Shown here: positions 26,887 through 39,810 of the stretch, in pieces
Layout: the number at the start of each line of letters is the position of its first letter
How positions within the stretch are numbered: the first letter of the stretch is position 1
Assembly: GCF_963921235.1 (NCBI RefSeq)
Contig: NC_086097.1
Span: forward strand, 219,234,001 to 219,298,000
Length of the DNA stretch: 64,000 bases
Source of the DNA: Mobula hypostoma
Taxonomy: Eukaryota
Direction: 5' to 3'
Made by a program: the position numbers and the translations under genes
The notes under the pieces: generated by a model
What the model was told of the DNA's origin: nothing
Databases searched by the model: none
Seen by the model: the letters and a program-made list of their open reading frames with translations, nothing else

Positions 26887-29334
26887 GTTATATGATGTCA
26901 TTATAGCTCTGATGCAATTACCCAAATTTACCACCAGACTATAAGCACTTCTTTCTCTATTCCAGAAAATATGATTGATGGGAATCTAAGTTTATCATCT
27001 CAAAACTGATTTATAGGGATCCAAAGCAGTTCTTGCGTAAAATTAAAGAAGATTTATATATCTTTGTATTGATTGGCATTTCAATGAAGAAGTGATTATT
27101 GATGGCTCTGATTGTTATGGGACCTTTATGTGGCAAAAGCATTTTCGCTAGGTTTTCTCTATGAATAAAATGGAAACTGATGGAAATATCCTACTCTCCC
27201 ACAGCTTCCTTCACATTATAATCTATACATAAAGCTTCAGGAATAAACTGTCCAATAATCATGAAAAATCTCTGGATTTGAGTTCATTGAAGGAGACAGC
27301 AAAAAGGTGATGAAATTACAACTGTATAATCTAATGCAATGTTGAAAATAACCAATTTTCTGCCAGCATTTGGAAAAAGCGTTGTTAGTCTTACTGACTA
27401 CAGAAGATTTCTGATGCAGTACATTTATATAATAGGAAATCCTATAAAGCTGTTTACTGGAAACATGTGGACAGATGATCGAAAGACATGTGCCCATCTT
27501 TTCTAACAGGAGTAAGACAGATAGACAGGCAGGAAAGGACCACATGATTCATCAAATCTGAATTCATATTAATGTACTGAACACTAAGCTCACTGCTAGC
27601 CTGGTGAATGAACAGGGTCAATGAAGGAAAATACTATGGAAAATTCGTTTTCTGGTCTGCCAGACAAGCTAAACCCGCCCAGAACCAGAGAAACACTGAA
27701 AATAGTAGCAGGAGCATGTCACATTGTCCTTTGAACCCACTCTGTAATGGTTTATGGTTAATCACAGTTAATCCTTTATCTCTAAACAATACTACAGCTC
27801 TCTCCCAAAACCCCTCAGATCTTTTGTCTTGCGAAATCTAGTTACTTCCGTCTTAAACAGATTAATAATCTCCACTGCCTTCTGTGGTAGCAAATTTCAA
27901 AGGCTCACCATTTATTTGGTGAATCAATTTCTCCTCACCTCAGACCCTAAATGCCTTACCTTCAGATAGCTTGCTCATTATAGACCCCTTCAGCCAGGGA
28001 AACTTTCTCCCTGCATCAAGACTATCTCCCCCTGTCAAAATTTTGTACATTTAACTGTGATCTCTGGTGAATTCAAGCCTAGTCCATAAGACCATAAGAC
28101 ATGAGCAGAAGTAGGTCTTTTGGCCCATGGAGTCTGCTCCACCATTTCATCATACCTGATTTATTTTCCCTCTCAGCCCAATCTCCTGCCTTCTCTCCAT
28201 ATCACTTCATGTCCTGACCAATCAAGAATCTATCAACCTCTGCCTTAAATATGCATACAGACTTGAGCCTCCACAGCTGCTTGTGGCAACAAATTCCACA
28301 GATTCACCACTCAGTGGTTAAAGAAATTCCTCCTTATCTCTGTTCTAAAAGGATGTCTCTCTATTCTGAGACTGTGTCCTCTGGTCTTAGACTCTCCCAC
28401 CATAGGAAATACCCTCTCCACATCCACTCTATCAAGACTGTTCACCATTCGATAGGTTTCAATGAGGTCACCCCTCATTCTTCTGAATTCCAGTGAATAC
28501 AGGCCCAATCTCTCCTCATTCAAAACACCTGCTATGCCAGGAATCAGTCTGGTGAAAACTTTCTTCACTCCAACTCTGGCTAATATGTCTTTTTTAGGTA
28601 AGGAGGAGAAAACTGCAAACAAAACTTCAGGAAAACATATGGATAAAACGTAACCTCTATATATGCCTAACTCACTGTATGATATAGTTCCTACCAGAGA
28701 CAAGAGCTGGTCCTTCAGATACAACTAGCTACAGGGATACATTTTTGATACTTCACTGGAAAAAGACTTGCCTAGTAAGCAGTCTATGTCCAATCTTACA
28801 TAATATATATTTCAATTTGCCAGTGATATCTTGTGCGATTTTAGAAATGATCTGAAGGAAATGTAAGCAAGGACCCTCATCCCCAGCAGTGTATACAATG
28901 AATATTTGCCGGGTCCACAGTGGAAATTGAGTTATTTACACAGGCCAGTTGGTGGGACCAACAGCTTTGTTATTTTCCTGTTAATGGCATACTATAAATA
29001 CATGAAAGTCTGAAATCCTGGAGGTATCTCTCAAGTTCCCTTTAGAGGGTTTTTTTTACCTGCAGGGAACACATGCTGGTTTGTTAAATGACAGAGAGTC
29101 TTTTGACTCTAACCTAAACTGAACTGCGTGTTCTTAATAATTGGCACACATCTAAAGAGGAGACACCAAAATATTTTGATGTTCTGAGTTTGAATTTGTT
29201 CATCTTTGAGATAGTGGCTTTACCAAGCAAAGCTCTCCGTTTATAACGTACATTAAGAGGGAGAGAAAACAACAATAAGTGCTATGAGTACAAATTAAGC
29301 AGAGCTGGCAATGCTTGAACTATGTTCATCTTAG

Positions 29335-29480
29335 ACCTGCAGGTTGGATTCCGCAATGGATCATTCTATAAAGACTGTAATTCACTTGGACTGTTCAAAG
29401 TGCAGGAAAGAGAGTTGGATCCTTGCTTCTCTCCAACCCCACTGAAGGTATACCATAGATAAACAGAACCATTCCAGAAA
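29335..29480 (+). pseudogene. Exon remnant, thyroglobulin type-1-like repeat
   Basis: Acceptor TTCATCTTAG. GSFYKDCNSLGLFKVQE.ELD.CF, then a frameshift to SNPTEGIP. Confidence 0.55.
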
Positions 29481-30793
29481 TATGGTCAGGATTTTGGCAG
29501 TCTTAATGAACTGTGGAGGGAGTCCTGCATCAACCTTTGTTCATTAACCAAGGCATTTCCAATTCCTGGCCATTGCTTCAGCACATCTTTCATCAATCCA
29601 GTGCTACGTGCCAACACCAATATTTAATTAGGACATGTCTTTTTTCAGCAGTGAATTTGAGGTGTTTGCTTTGAGTGTAGATGAAATTCGGATGTTTTTT
29701 TAATGGTAGGTGGGATACCCACCCAAGTGAGCAACTTCCTCCATATAACAGTTCCACTTGGCCCTCTAATCCTTGTGGCTGGTGCTCCTTTCAACATACC
29801 ATGACACTCTGGTTGTAAACCAAGTTATGGTCAAGCAGACCAACTAATACTTTAAGGGATAATACTAATCTTTCACTTAGGCACTTTATAGCCTTCAGTA
29901 CTAAAGAGCTCCATATCTTTAAACAGCAACTGTTGTTAACAATTCTTTTATCCTATATAATTATCCCCTTTCGTCATTAACTCTTCTCTGCCCTCCATTC
30001 TCTCCGACAATTTCTCTTGTGACTCTACTTTGCCCTTTCTCTAACTTAAATGTTGTTTATAAACCATCCCATCTGTAAGAGTTTCCAGCTGTAATGAAAG
30101 TTTTTTAACCGGAGTCCATAATTCTGTATCTCTCTCCATAGATACTGCCTGACATGATGAGTATTTGTCACATTTGCTATTACTATCTTAACTAATATTT
30201 ACATTTCATTTCCCATGAATAATCTAACAGAGCAGAACTCATTTCATGTTCATTTGGATCAGGCTATCTCTGTCTGATGCTTGAATTCAAGAGCTTGGAC
30301 TAAGATTGTCACTTTTCTCTGCCTTAACAGTAAATCCTTTCATACTTGTGACCCTTTCATACAGGGTCCGTGGAGGATGGTTTCAGTTCAGTCCTGTGGG
30401 TGGAGGATTGAATTTCTCCTCTGGGTGCATTCAACCATTTGTTTAAAAAGTCTGCCCCACGTGGCAATTGACTCTAAAAGAAGTTTTTATCCCCCTGAGA
30501 TTGCTCTGAATCACATAAGCAAACATAAAACTTACAGTAAACATGACTCTGTTCACATTTTTAAAACATCTTTAAGAAAGATTCTTTGATATATTGAAAT
30601 GATGATTTTATAGTGTTTAGGACTGAAAATACTTATGAATAAAAAGATACTTATGGCAGTATTAACCTATAATAAAACAAAATTTGAGGAACTTAATTTT
30701 AAATTACTGAAAAATAATTTAAAATATATATGAAACTCTCTTCTGGTTATATAGGAGTGAAGTAACATGATTGTTAGAACATATTAAATAATA

Positions 30794-31452
30794 CAGTGGA
30801 TTCTGATTAATTGGGACACATCGGGACCAGTACATTTTGGCCCAATTGGGCGGCTTCCCCAATTAGCCAAAGTTTCATGGAAATAATTAAAAGGTATAAA
30901 AAAAAGAACAACCATTTAACTGAGTAAAAATTTATGTATTCAAATGAAACACAGAACAAATCAGAAAACTACCAAAACCTCAAAATAGTGTAAAGCTGTG
31001 TATTAGTTCATAATAGTTATCAACAGAGGAATTCCTCTGCAGTGTTCTTTTGATGGACTGTCAATGAACAAGATCAGCGTAGGCACCTACTGTAGATAAT
31101 GGACTACCTTCATACAATGCTTTAGACGATTGTAACCTCTAAGTCTTCTCTTTCATTGTAACTTTCAAGATGATTGTGATACCTTTGTAATTCCTGACTT
31201 GTTGAAGTAGTGATAACGTTTCATTTTCACTACCAGCCATTTCGGGCATCTCCAAACAAGAATGTTTGAAACTGCGGTGAGAAAAATTCTCTCACTGCTC
31301 ATTTCTCGCCAACTATCAGTGACAAAAATCATTGGTTTTTAAATAGCAACTGACAATGCTTAAAAACCGATCTTTCTAACCACAGCACAGTGTCTAATGG
31401 CCATGCATGTGCATGCGATTGACGTTAGTTAGAAACAGTTTGATAACAATCT
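30794..31452. mobile_element. Tigger/pogo-like non-autonomous DNA transposon, one end preserved
   Basis: TA|CAGTGGATTCTGATTAATTGGGACAC terminus with internal TTGGG/CCCAATT repeats. The second TIR is not seen. Confidence 0.6.
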
Positions 31453-31479
31453 GAGTAGATTGGAAATAACATCTTCACT

Positions 31480-31951
31480 TTGGTGGTGTTGCCGGGACTT
31501 GAGAAACTCAGTTACAGAGAAAAGTTGAATAGGTTAGGACTTTATTCCCTGGAGCGTAGAAGAATGAGGGGAGATTTGATAGAGGTATATAAAATTATGA
31601 TGGGTATAGATAGAGTGAATGCAAGCAGGCTTTTTCCACTGAGGCAAGGGGTGAAAAAAAACAGAGGACATGGGTTAAGGGTGAGGGGGGAAAAGTTTAA
31701 AGGGAACATTAGGGGGGGCTTCTTCACACAGAGAGTGGTGGGAGTATGGAATGAGCTGCCAGACGAGGTGGTAAATGCGGGTTCTTTTTTAACATTTAAG
31801 AATAAATTGGACAGATACATGGATGGGAGGTGTATGGAGGGATATGGTCTGTGTGCAGTTCAGTGGGACTAGGCAGAAAATGGTTCAGCACAGCCAAGAA
31901 GGGCCAAAGGGCCTGTTTCTGTGCTGTAGTTTCTATGGTTCTATGGTTCTA
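31480..31951 (+). mobile_element. CR1 LINE 3' fragment, relatively young
   Basis: Uninterrupted 130-aa frame (LGLYSLERRRMRGDLIEVYKI...FFTQRVVGVWNELP) and (TTCTATGG)n tail. Confidence 0.92.
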
Positions 31952-32879
31952 ATAAAAATAAATAAATAAGCCATGAATATTGAGGACGTGAGTTGTAGAA
32001 TCCTTGAAAGTGAGACCATAGGAAAGTGAGTCATCAGGACTGGAAAGAAAAGGGGAAGAAACCAGAATAAGAAGTTGGGGGAAGAGAAGGTGTACAAGAG
32101 GGCAGGTGATGGGTGAAGCCACTTGTGTGAAAAGGTGAGTGGATGTGGGGAGGGGGCAGATGAAGTGAGAAGCTGGGAGGTGATAAAAGGAAAAGTTAAA
32201 GGGCTGAAGATAAAGGAATCTGATAGAAGAGGAGAGTGAATCACGGGAGAAAGGGAGGGAGGAGGGGAACCAAAGGGTGGTGATGGTCAGGTGAAGAGAA
32301 GAGAATGGGTAAGAAGAAAGCCAGATTGGGGAATAGAGAAAGAGAGAAGGAGAATTGAACACCTCCAAAAGGACCGATGATATTCTGATCATCTAGGAGT
32401 GTGGTTAGATTCAAACACAGGGTTATTTTTTATTTTAATCACTTTTAAATTAGTGCAAAAGATTCATTCCCCTTGCAGTCTCCTCTGAATGATGCTTCCA
32501 CACTCTCCAAAGTGTTCTGCTTGGGGGTTCACCTCTCGCATGTTGTTGAATCAGTAGCAAGTGGACATCTCCGTGATACTCACTTGATCCACTAGGTACA
32601 AAGGACAATTTTCCATTACTTGCACATTAGTTTGGTTCAATCAGATTTTTCCCTCAAAGTTGTACCTCTAAGATTAATGTTCCATGCCTCAATCAACCTT
32701 TATGCAGAAATTGAACGTCAAAGGTATTTTGTTCCATGTTAGTGAACACTTCTGGGTTGATGAAAAACCATTAGGAGCCTGGCCCAGGAGTGCCCTATAC
32801 AGTTCCCCTCCTTACCCCATTTTTGCATTTACTGATAGTTATTAGCTGATAAAGGCCTGTACCTACAAATGACATGAAA

Positions 32880-33000
32880 ACAGAGGGCAACCCCATGATA
32901 GAGTTGTAAGAAGATGTGACGTGAATGGTTGCTATCATTCTGTTGATGTACTGATCTCTGCCTTTGTCAGCCTCCAAATCATTGTGTTACCAATCTGGGA
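32880..33000 (+). pseudogene. Remnant, thyroglobulin type-1-like repeat
   Basis: RRCDVNGCYHSV, then a frameshift to CTDLCLCQPPN; fits CDxNGxY..QC...CxC. Confidence 0.5.
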
Positions 33001-33170
33001 AGCTTGCTTCCAACTTTCTCATGTCCTTAGTATACTCTCTAGACAAATGACAATGATTTACCTCAGGATAAGAATGTAACATGCATTTCTGTCATGGTTA
33101 TTACTTCTAGAGATCTTTTCATTGCAGATGTCATTGATTCTGCTCTTCCTCCAATTATTTCAGGCATATG

Positions 33171-33404
33171 TGTGGTAAACCATATATATATGTTGTAACT
33201 GGGTTACCTGTCTGGACATGCCCCTCTGCTGACTGCCCCTGTGGCTCCTCCCACAGACGCCTGAATAAAGGCGATTGGGCCTTGGCTCCTCCTCTCAGTC
33301 CAGGGGCAGACACTCAGCATGCTGGAGGTCACATTTTACTGCGAATAAAAGCCTTTCAGTATTTACTGTACTTCCAGTCTTTTGGAGTTATTGATGGTGC
33401 ATCA
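33171..33404 (+). mobile_element. Solo LTR (234 bp)
   Basis: TGTGG...CATCA termini, 5-bp TSD ATATG at 33166-33170 and 33405-33409, AATAAA near 33344. Confidence 0.88.
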
Positions 33405-33589
33405 ATATGTTCATCTCTCATCTTCGTTCTTTGGCTCTTAAAGCAATGAAGCCTTTTAAACACCGCAGTGGCATTAAATTTTCCTCATGGTCTGAGCGTC
33501 AGTGAGGTTGTCAGAACCAGGAATGGTTATGAAAACTCATCTGCATATCAAATGAGGCCCATTGGGGGAAATGCAGTGGATGTCTTTCT

Positions 33590-34245
33590 TGTCAGAATCA
33601 GAATCAGAATCAAATTTATTACCACTGATACATGTCATGACATTTTTTGTTCTGCAGCACAAGTACAGTGCAAGACATAACAAAAATTAGTTCAGGTTAC
33701 AAAATAAGTAATGCAAAAGACAAATAATGAGGCAACATTCATGGGTTCATGGTCTGTTCAGAATTCTGATGGGGGTGATGGAAGAAACTTTTCTTAGAAC
33801 TTTGAGTGTGGGTGTCCAGGCTCCTGTATCTCCTCCCTGATAGCAGTAGTACGTAGAGGGCATGTTCCGGATAGTGAGGGTTCTTAATGATAGATACCAC
33901 CTTCTTAAGGCACCACCTCCTGAAGATGTCCTTGATGGAAGGTAGGGTTGTGCCTCCGATGGAACAGGCTGAGTTTACAACCCTTTGCAGGCTCTTTCAC
34001 TCCTGTGCATTGGAGCTTCCATACCAGGATGTGATGCAACCAGTCAGAATGCTCTCCATTGTAATCCGTAAACGTTTTTCAAGTATTTGGTGACATACCA
34101 AACCACCTCAGTGTTCTAATGAAATAGAACTTGTGTTTGCATGCCCTCTTGGTGATTGCGTCAAAGTGTTGGATCAAGGACAGATCCTCTGAGATGCTGA
34201 CACCCAGGAACTTGAAGCTGTTCACCCTTTCCACCACTGACACCT
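33590..34245 (-). mobile_element. Rex1/Babar-type LINE 3' fragment with short-repeat tail
   Basis: (TCAGAA)n tail. Minus strand reads FKFLGVSISEDLS..QH and IESILTGCITSWYG-type motifs. Confidence 0.8.
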
Positions 34246-36669
34246 CGACTTTTTTCTTGTGTTCCTTTCTTTCTTTCTTGTATTTACTTTCTTATGTTGC
34301 AAGGAGAAAAGGAAAACATGCAGTCATTATTTGGCATGTCAAAGGGAAATCCAGCTGTGCATTTGGAGTTGATCTTTATTTGCCATACTGTTAGTCGATT
34401 AGCATCAGCTTAATATTACATAATATTTTTAATTCAGCAGAATGTCATGAAGTATTTAAATACTTCATGCAAGTGTGAAAAGCAGGAACTGAGCAGAATC
34501 AATGAGATAATGAAGAGCTGTTGGATATTTTCCAGAGTACAGCGAACAGACTCAAAGTGCAAAGTAGTGTGCAATGTTCTAATGTAATTTCATTTGGAGA
34601 TGAATCAATAGCTGATGGCTTTAAAATTTTATAGCTTTTTGTGGCTTATATTTCTTATGTCACATAATAATATACAACATTTCCGTCCAACAGCAGCACC
34701 AACAACATTGTACACCTGAGGCAGCAAACATCTCCAGGTAGATTAAAAAGCATGAAAAAACCAAAATCAGATGCTTCAAAAAATATATATATTGATACCA
34801 AAACCATGGTTGAAGAAGTAAGTCTGAGGTGTGACTTAAATAGAAGAAAATATAGAGAGCAGGAATGTTTGTAGAAAAGTTTTGAAGAACTTAGAACCTT
34901 AGTGGATGAACATATATTAGAGGTTTTTGGGCTGGAGAAGTTTGCAAAATGGGGTTCAGTGGAATGTTACGACGACGAGATTGTAAAAAAGTTGTGCATT
35001 TTAAAATGGTGCTAGTTAACTGGTAACCGATGTATCAGCAATCACAGGTTGATACGTGATTAACCTATCATGATACAATAATTTGATCTACTTTAGCTTG
35101 CAATATATTTTATTTTTCATTAGTTCCATCTAAGTCATCTTTATAATAAGATATAAACAAATGCTCAGAAAATCAGGTAACATCCATGGAGAGAAAAACA
35201 GAAATAAGTTTATTAGTGACTGGAAAGAGGAGGGAATAGATGCCTCCACAGATACTGCCTAACTTGTTGAGTTTCTCTGGTTAGTGAAATTCTCATGTCT
35301 GGTAGGTTTTACAGTGCCCAGTCAGAAGATGAAATGCTGTTCCTCAAGTTTACATTGAATCTGCTGGTATCATATAGTGATAGAGTTACACAGCACAGAA
35401 ACAGGCCCTTCAGCACATCTTGTCTATGCTGACCAAGGTGTCTACCTGAGTTAGTCCCATTTGCCCCATATCACTTTAAACCTTTCCTGTCAAAATAAAC
35501 AGATTTTCCACTGTAAATGTATTTTAAATATTATAAAGCTACAATTCCTCTCGTGGTTTGTTCCATATACTCACAACCTTCTATTTGAAAATCTTGTCCC
35601 TCAGCTCTCCATTACCTCATTGCCCCCTCACCATAAGCCTATACATTCTATAGATTTCTCTATCATGAACAGAAGACTGTGATCATTCACCTTATCTAAG
35701 CCCCTCTTAATTTTATATACATCTATACAGCCACCCCCTGAACCTCCCACACTATAGTAAAACGCAGATATACTGTGTAGGTCCTGCCCTATTTTAACTT
35801 CCCAAAATGCAATACTCTGCATTTATCTGACCTAGATTACTGTACATCTGCCATTCCTTGACCCAGTATCTAGTAAATCCTGCTGTAATCTTAAATATAT
35901 TTGTTCTCAGTTCACTATTCCATTAATTTTGCTGTCATCCATAAATGTATTATACATGTTACCCATGTTCTCATCCAAATCATTAACATAGATGATAAAG
36001 AATGGATGCCCCAGCACCAACCCCTTCAGCATGTTACTGGTCATAGGCCACCAACCTGAATAATGACCCTCCATAGCTATTCACCTAGCAGTAAGCTAAT
36101 TTTATATCCACTTGGCTACCGCACTCTGGATCCATGCGACTAACCTTCTGGGCTAGCCTACATGTGGGATCTTGTAAAAGGCCTTGCTTACATATAATAT
36201 CTATTACCTGGTTTTGTCAATTCTCTTCAGAAAACTCAAATCAAGTCCTGTGGTACAATTTCCCACACAGAAAACCATGCCGTCTATCTCTAATTAGTCC
36301 TTGCCTGTCCAAATTCAAATATATCCTGTCTCTCAGAATCCCCTCTAGTAATTTTCCTACCACTGGTGTTAGGCTCACTGGCCTGTAATTTACTGATTAT
36401 CCTTGTGGCCTTTTTAAATAAGAGGCTAAGGATAGAGTAGTTGGAAAGGGGAGGCCAAATGTAGATCTGATGACTGTTTTGCTAAGTACCTTCATTGATC
36501 ATTGATCAGTAAATGATCAGAAACTCAGAATCGTGCTTGTGGATTGGATAAAGGTATTTAGCAAAACAGTCGTCAGATCTACAATTAGCCTCTCCATCAT
36601 GACACAGCACTTAATGAGCAACAAGTGCAACCAAAAATAAGCACAATGGGATCATCTTTTCCCTGAAAG

Positions 36670-36870
36670 GAACATTAGGAATGGAGGAGTTAAAGGGGCA
36701 CATTTTCTATCTTCTATTCTTGAATTTGAATGTGCCTTGGAAGCTGGGTCGAGGTTAATTATGAGAAGGCCAGGGTGTGGGGAGTGGAATGGTATTTTCA
36801 GAGTGAAGTGTCTACAACGGGACATTCTTCTGCACCCTGATGAGTGTATCCTAACAACCTGTCACACTGC
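36670..36870 (+). pseudogene. Remnant resembling thyroglobulin hinge-end/type-2 (GCC2) repeat
   Basis: Open frame GAHFLSSILEFEC...PGCG...VKCLQ...DECILTTC, truncated by a CR1 insertion at about 36880. Confidence 0.45.
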
Positions 36871-36879
36871 CTTTTCTTA

Positions 36880-37322
36880 AGCTTATCCTATGAGGAGCAT
36901 TTGATGGCTCTGGGCTGTACTCTCCGGATTTCAGAAGAATGAGGGGGTATCTCTTTGAAACCTATTGAATGTTGAAAGTCCTCAATAGAGTGGATGTGGA
37001 GAGATGGTTTCCTATGGTGGTGGAATCTAAGACTGAATGGCACAGCCTCAGAATAGAGGGCCATTTAGAACAAAGATGAGGAAGAATTTCTTTAGCCAGG
37101 GAGTGGTGAATCGGTGGAATTCGTTGCCACAGGCAGCTGTGGGGAGCAAGTCATTGGGTATATTTAAGGCAAAGGTCGACAGATTCTTGATTAGTCAAGG
37201 CAGGAAGGGATATGGAGAGAAGGCAAGAGACTGGGGCTGAAAGGGAAATGGATCAGACATGATGAAATGGTGGTACAGACTCAAGTGACTTAATTCTGCT
37301 CCTGTATCTCATGGTCTTAAGG
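36880..37322 (+). mobile_element. CR1 LINE 3' fragment
   Basis: MRKNFFSQGVVNRWNSLPQ and CR1 3' UTR. Confidence 0.85.
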
Positions 37323-37944
37323 TCTTCTCAAATCTTTTCTAGCACCAAGTTGTCTCAGAGGAATATTTCACCTCTCTGTCAATGACCTTGCCTGCAAGCA
37401 CAACTTCTCAAATTTATGTATGATATTCTGCTGCATCATAGTCACCATTAAGAAATGCTCTCCATCCATCGACCTATTCATTAAGCATATTACGCTAGCC
37501 TACATTGAAGGCCTTAAAAGTGCTCAGACAAGATAAATTCACATACTTAGGAGCATAAGATATAAAGGACTACAGTCAGGTAAGTGACTCAGAAAGAGGG
37601 TTTTTGAAATTCACTTATATTCTCTTTGAACTGATTGAAAATTTACATTGAGTGGTGCACAAATCATACACCTCTAGTTTCTGTAATGTAAGCTGTAATG
37701 TTGGAGCAAAGACTTCCTACCGAAACCATTCATTTTGATGTACCTCTCTCGCTGACTATCTTTTTCCCTGCGAGAAACAGAAAACTAAGTTCAGATCTAT
37801 TTGTTCGCTGGTAGAAACTGTTCCGCTTCTAGCTTCTAGTTCACATCAACGAAGAAAGATAAACATATCGCTCCTCAGTGTATTATTTCCAAATATAAGA
37901 TGTGGCAAGTGCTTGCAAAGAGTTCAGAGCAGAAAATAGTACAG

Positions 37945-38200
37945 GCAACATGGTAGTGTAATTTACAATGCCGGTGACCTGGGTTCATTTCCTGCCACGG
38001 CCTGTAAGGAGTTCATATGTTCTTGCAACCGTGTGGGTTTCCTCTGGGTGCTCCGGTTTCCTCCCACAGTCCAAAGACGTACTGCATTGTAGGTTAATTG
38101 GTCACTGCAAATTGTGTCATGAGCAGGCTAGGTTTAAATCGGTAGATGCTGAGTGGAGTGGCTCGAAGTGCTGGAAGGGCCTACACTGTGCTGATCTCCA
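37945..38200 (+). mobile_element. tRNA-derived V-domain SINE
   Basis: B-box-like GGTTCATTTCC and central GGTTTCCTCTGGGTGCTCCGGTTTCCTCCCACAGTCCAAAGAC. Confidence 0.75.
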
Positions 38201-38204
38201 TTCC

Positions 38205-39810
38205 ACACTCAGAGTGAGAGCAGTTACTATTACAAGGGAGAAGGTGCTCAAAAAGCTGAAAGGCCTAAGGGCACGTAAGATGAACAGCACCCAAGGGTTC
38301 TGAAAGAGGAAGTGGTAGAGATTATGGAGGCATTAGTAATGAGCTTTCAAAAATCATTGGACTCTGACATGGTGCCAGAGGACTGGAAAACTGCAAATGT
38401 CACTTCACTCTTTAAGAAAGGAGGAAGGCAGCAGAAAGGAAATTATAGACAAGTTAGCCTGACCTCAGTGTTGGGAAGATGTTGGAGTCAATTGTTAAGG
38501 ATGAGGTTATGGAATACTTGGTGGCACAGGACAAGATAGGACAAAGTCAGCATGGTTTCCTTAAGGGAATATATTGCCTGACAAACTGTTTGGAATTCTT
38601 TGAGGAGATTACAAGTAGGATGGATAAAGGGGATGCAGTAGATGTTGTATATTTGGAATTTCAGAAGGCCTTTGACAAAGTGCCACACATGAGGTTGTTT
38701 GCCAAGTTAAGAGCCCATGGTATTACAGGAAAGTTGCTAACATGGTTAGAGCATTGGCTGATTTGTGGGAGGCAGTCAGTGGGAATAAAAGGATCCTTTT
38801 CTGGTTGGCTGGCAGTAAATAGTAGTGTTCCGCAGTGGTCAGTGTTGGGACCACTTCATTTTATGCTGTATTTAGATGATGGAAAAGATGGCTTTGTTGC
38901 CAAGTCTGCAGATGATATGAAGACTGGTAGAGGGGTAGGTAGTGTTGAGGAAACAGGTAGGCTGCATAAGGACTTAGACAGATTAGGAGAACGGGCAAAA
39001 AAGTGGCAAATGAAACACAATGTTGGAAAATGCATGGTCATGCACTTCAGTAGAAAAAATAGATGTTCAGATTATTTTCGAAATATGGAAAAAATGCGAA
39101 AATCTGAGATGCAAAGGGACTTGGGAGTCCTTGTGCAGAACACCCTAAAGGTTAACTTGCAGGTAAAGTCAGTGGTGAGGAAGAGAAATGGAATGTTAAC
39201 ATTTATTTCAAGAAATCTTGAATACAAAAGCAGAGATGTGATACTGAGGTATTATAAGATACTGGTGAGGCCTCACTTTGAGTATTGTGAAAAGTTTTGG
39301 GCTTCTCATCTAAGAAAAGATATGCTAGCATTGGAGAGGGTCCAGAGGAGGTTCACAAGGATGATTCTGGGAATGAAAGGGTTATCATATAATGAACGTT
39401 TGATGGCTCTGGGTCTCTACTCATTGGAATATAGAAGGATGAGGGGGTGATCATCTCTCTTTCAATATTTGATGTGGAAATGAGGTTTCCTATGTTGGGG
39501 GAGTATAGGACAAGAGGGCACAACCTCAGGACAGAGGGGCATCCATTTAAAACGGAGACACAGAGAAACTTATTCCACCAGAGGGTGGTGAATTTGTGGA
39601 ATTTATTACCACAGGCAACTGTGGAGGCCAGGTCATTGGGCATATTTAAGGCAGAGCTTGTTAGGTTCTTATTGGACATAGCAATGAAGGTTACAGGGAG
39701 AAGGCCAGGGAGTGGGGCTGAGGAGGGCTAAAAAGGATCAGCCATGATTAAATGGCAGAGCAGACTCGATGGGCCAAATGGCCTAATTCTGCTCCTATGT
39801 CTTATGGTCT
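38205..39810 (+). mobile_element. CR1 LINE ORF2 RT fragment with 3' end
   Basis: PEDWKTANVTSLFKKG, QHGFLKG, VYLEFQKAFDKVPH, VPQWSVLGP, KSADD (decayed FADD). Confidence 0.92.

Larger units (their letters stand above)
22039..36870 (+). pseudogene. Probable multi-exon pseudogene of a large cysteine-rich extracellular protein (thyroglobulin type-1, sushi/hinge-like, GCC2/GCC3 and EGF-like remnants)
   Basis: Collinear + strand segments, many with splice-like boundaries, translate by eye (through stops and frameshifts) into recognisable Cys motifs. See the individual remnants below. Confidence 0.6.

Noticed and set aside
22039..36870. Naming the pseudogene TG or SVEP1
   Set aside because: Only module-level resemblance. 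No cholinesterase-like, vWA or pentraxin remnant was recognised, and the module order appears repeated.
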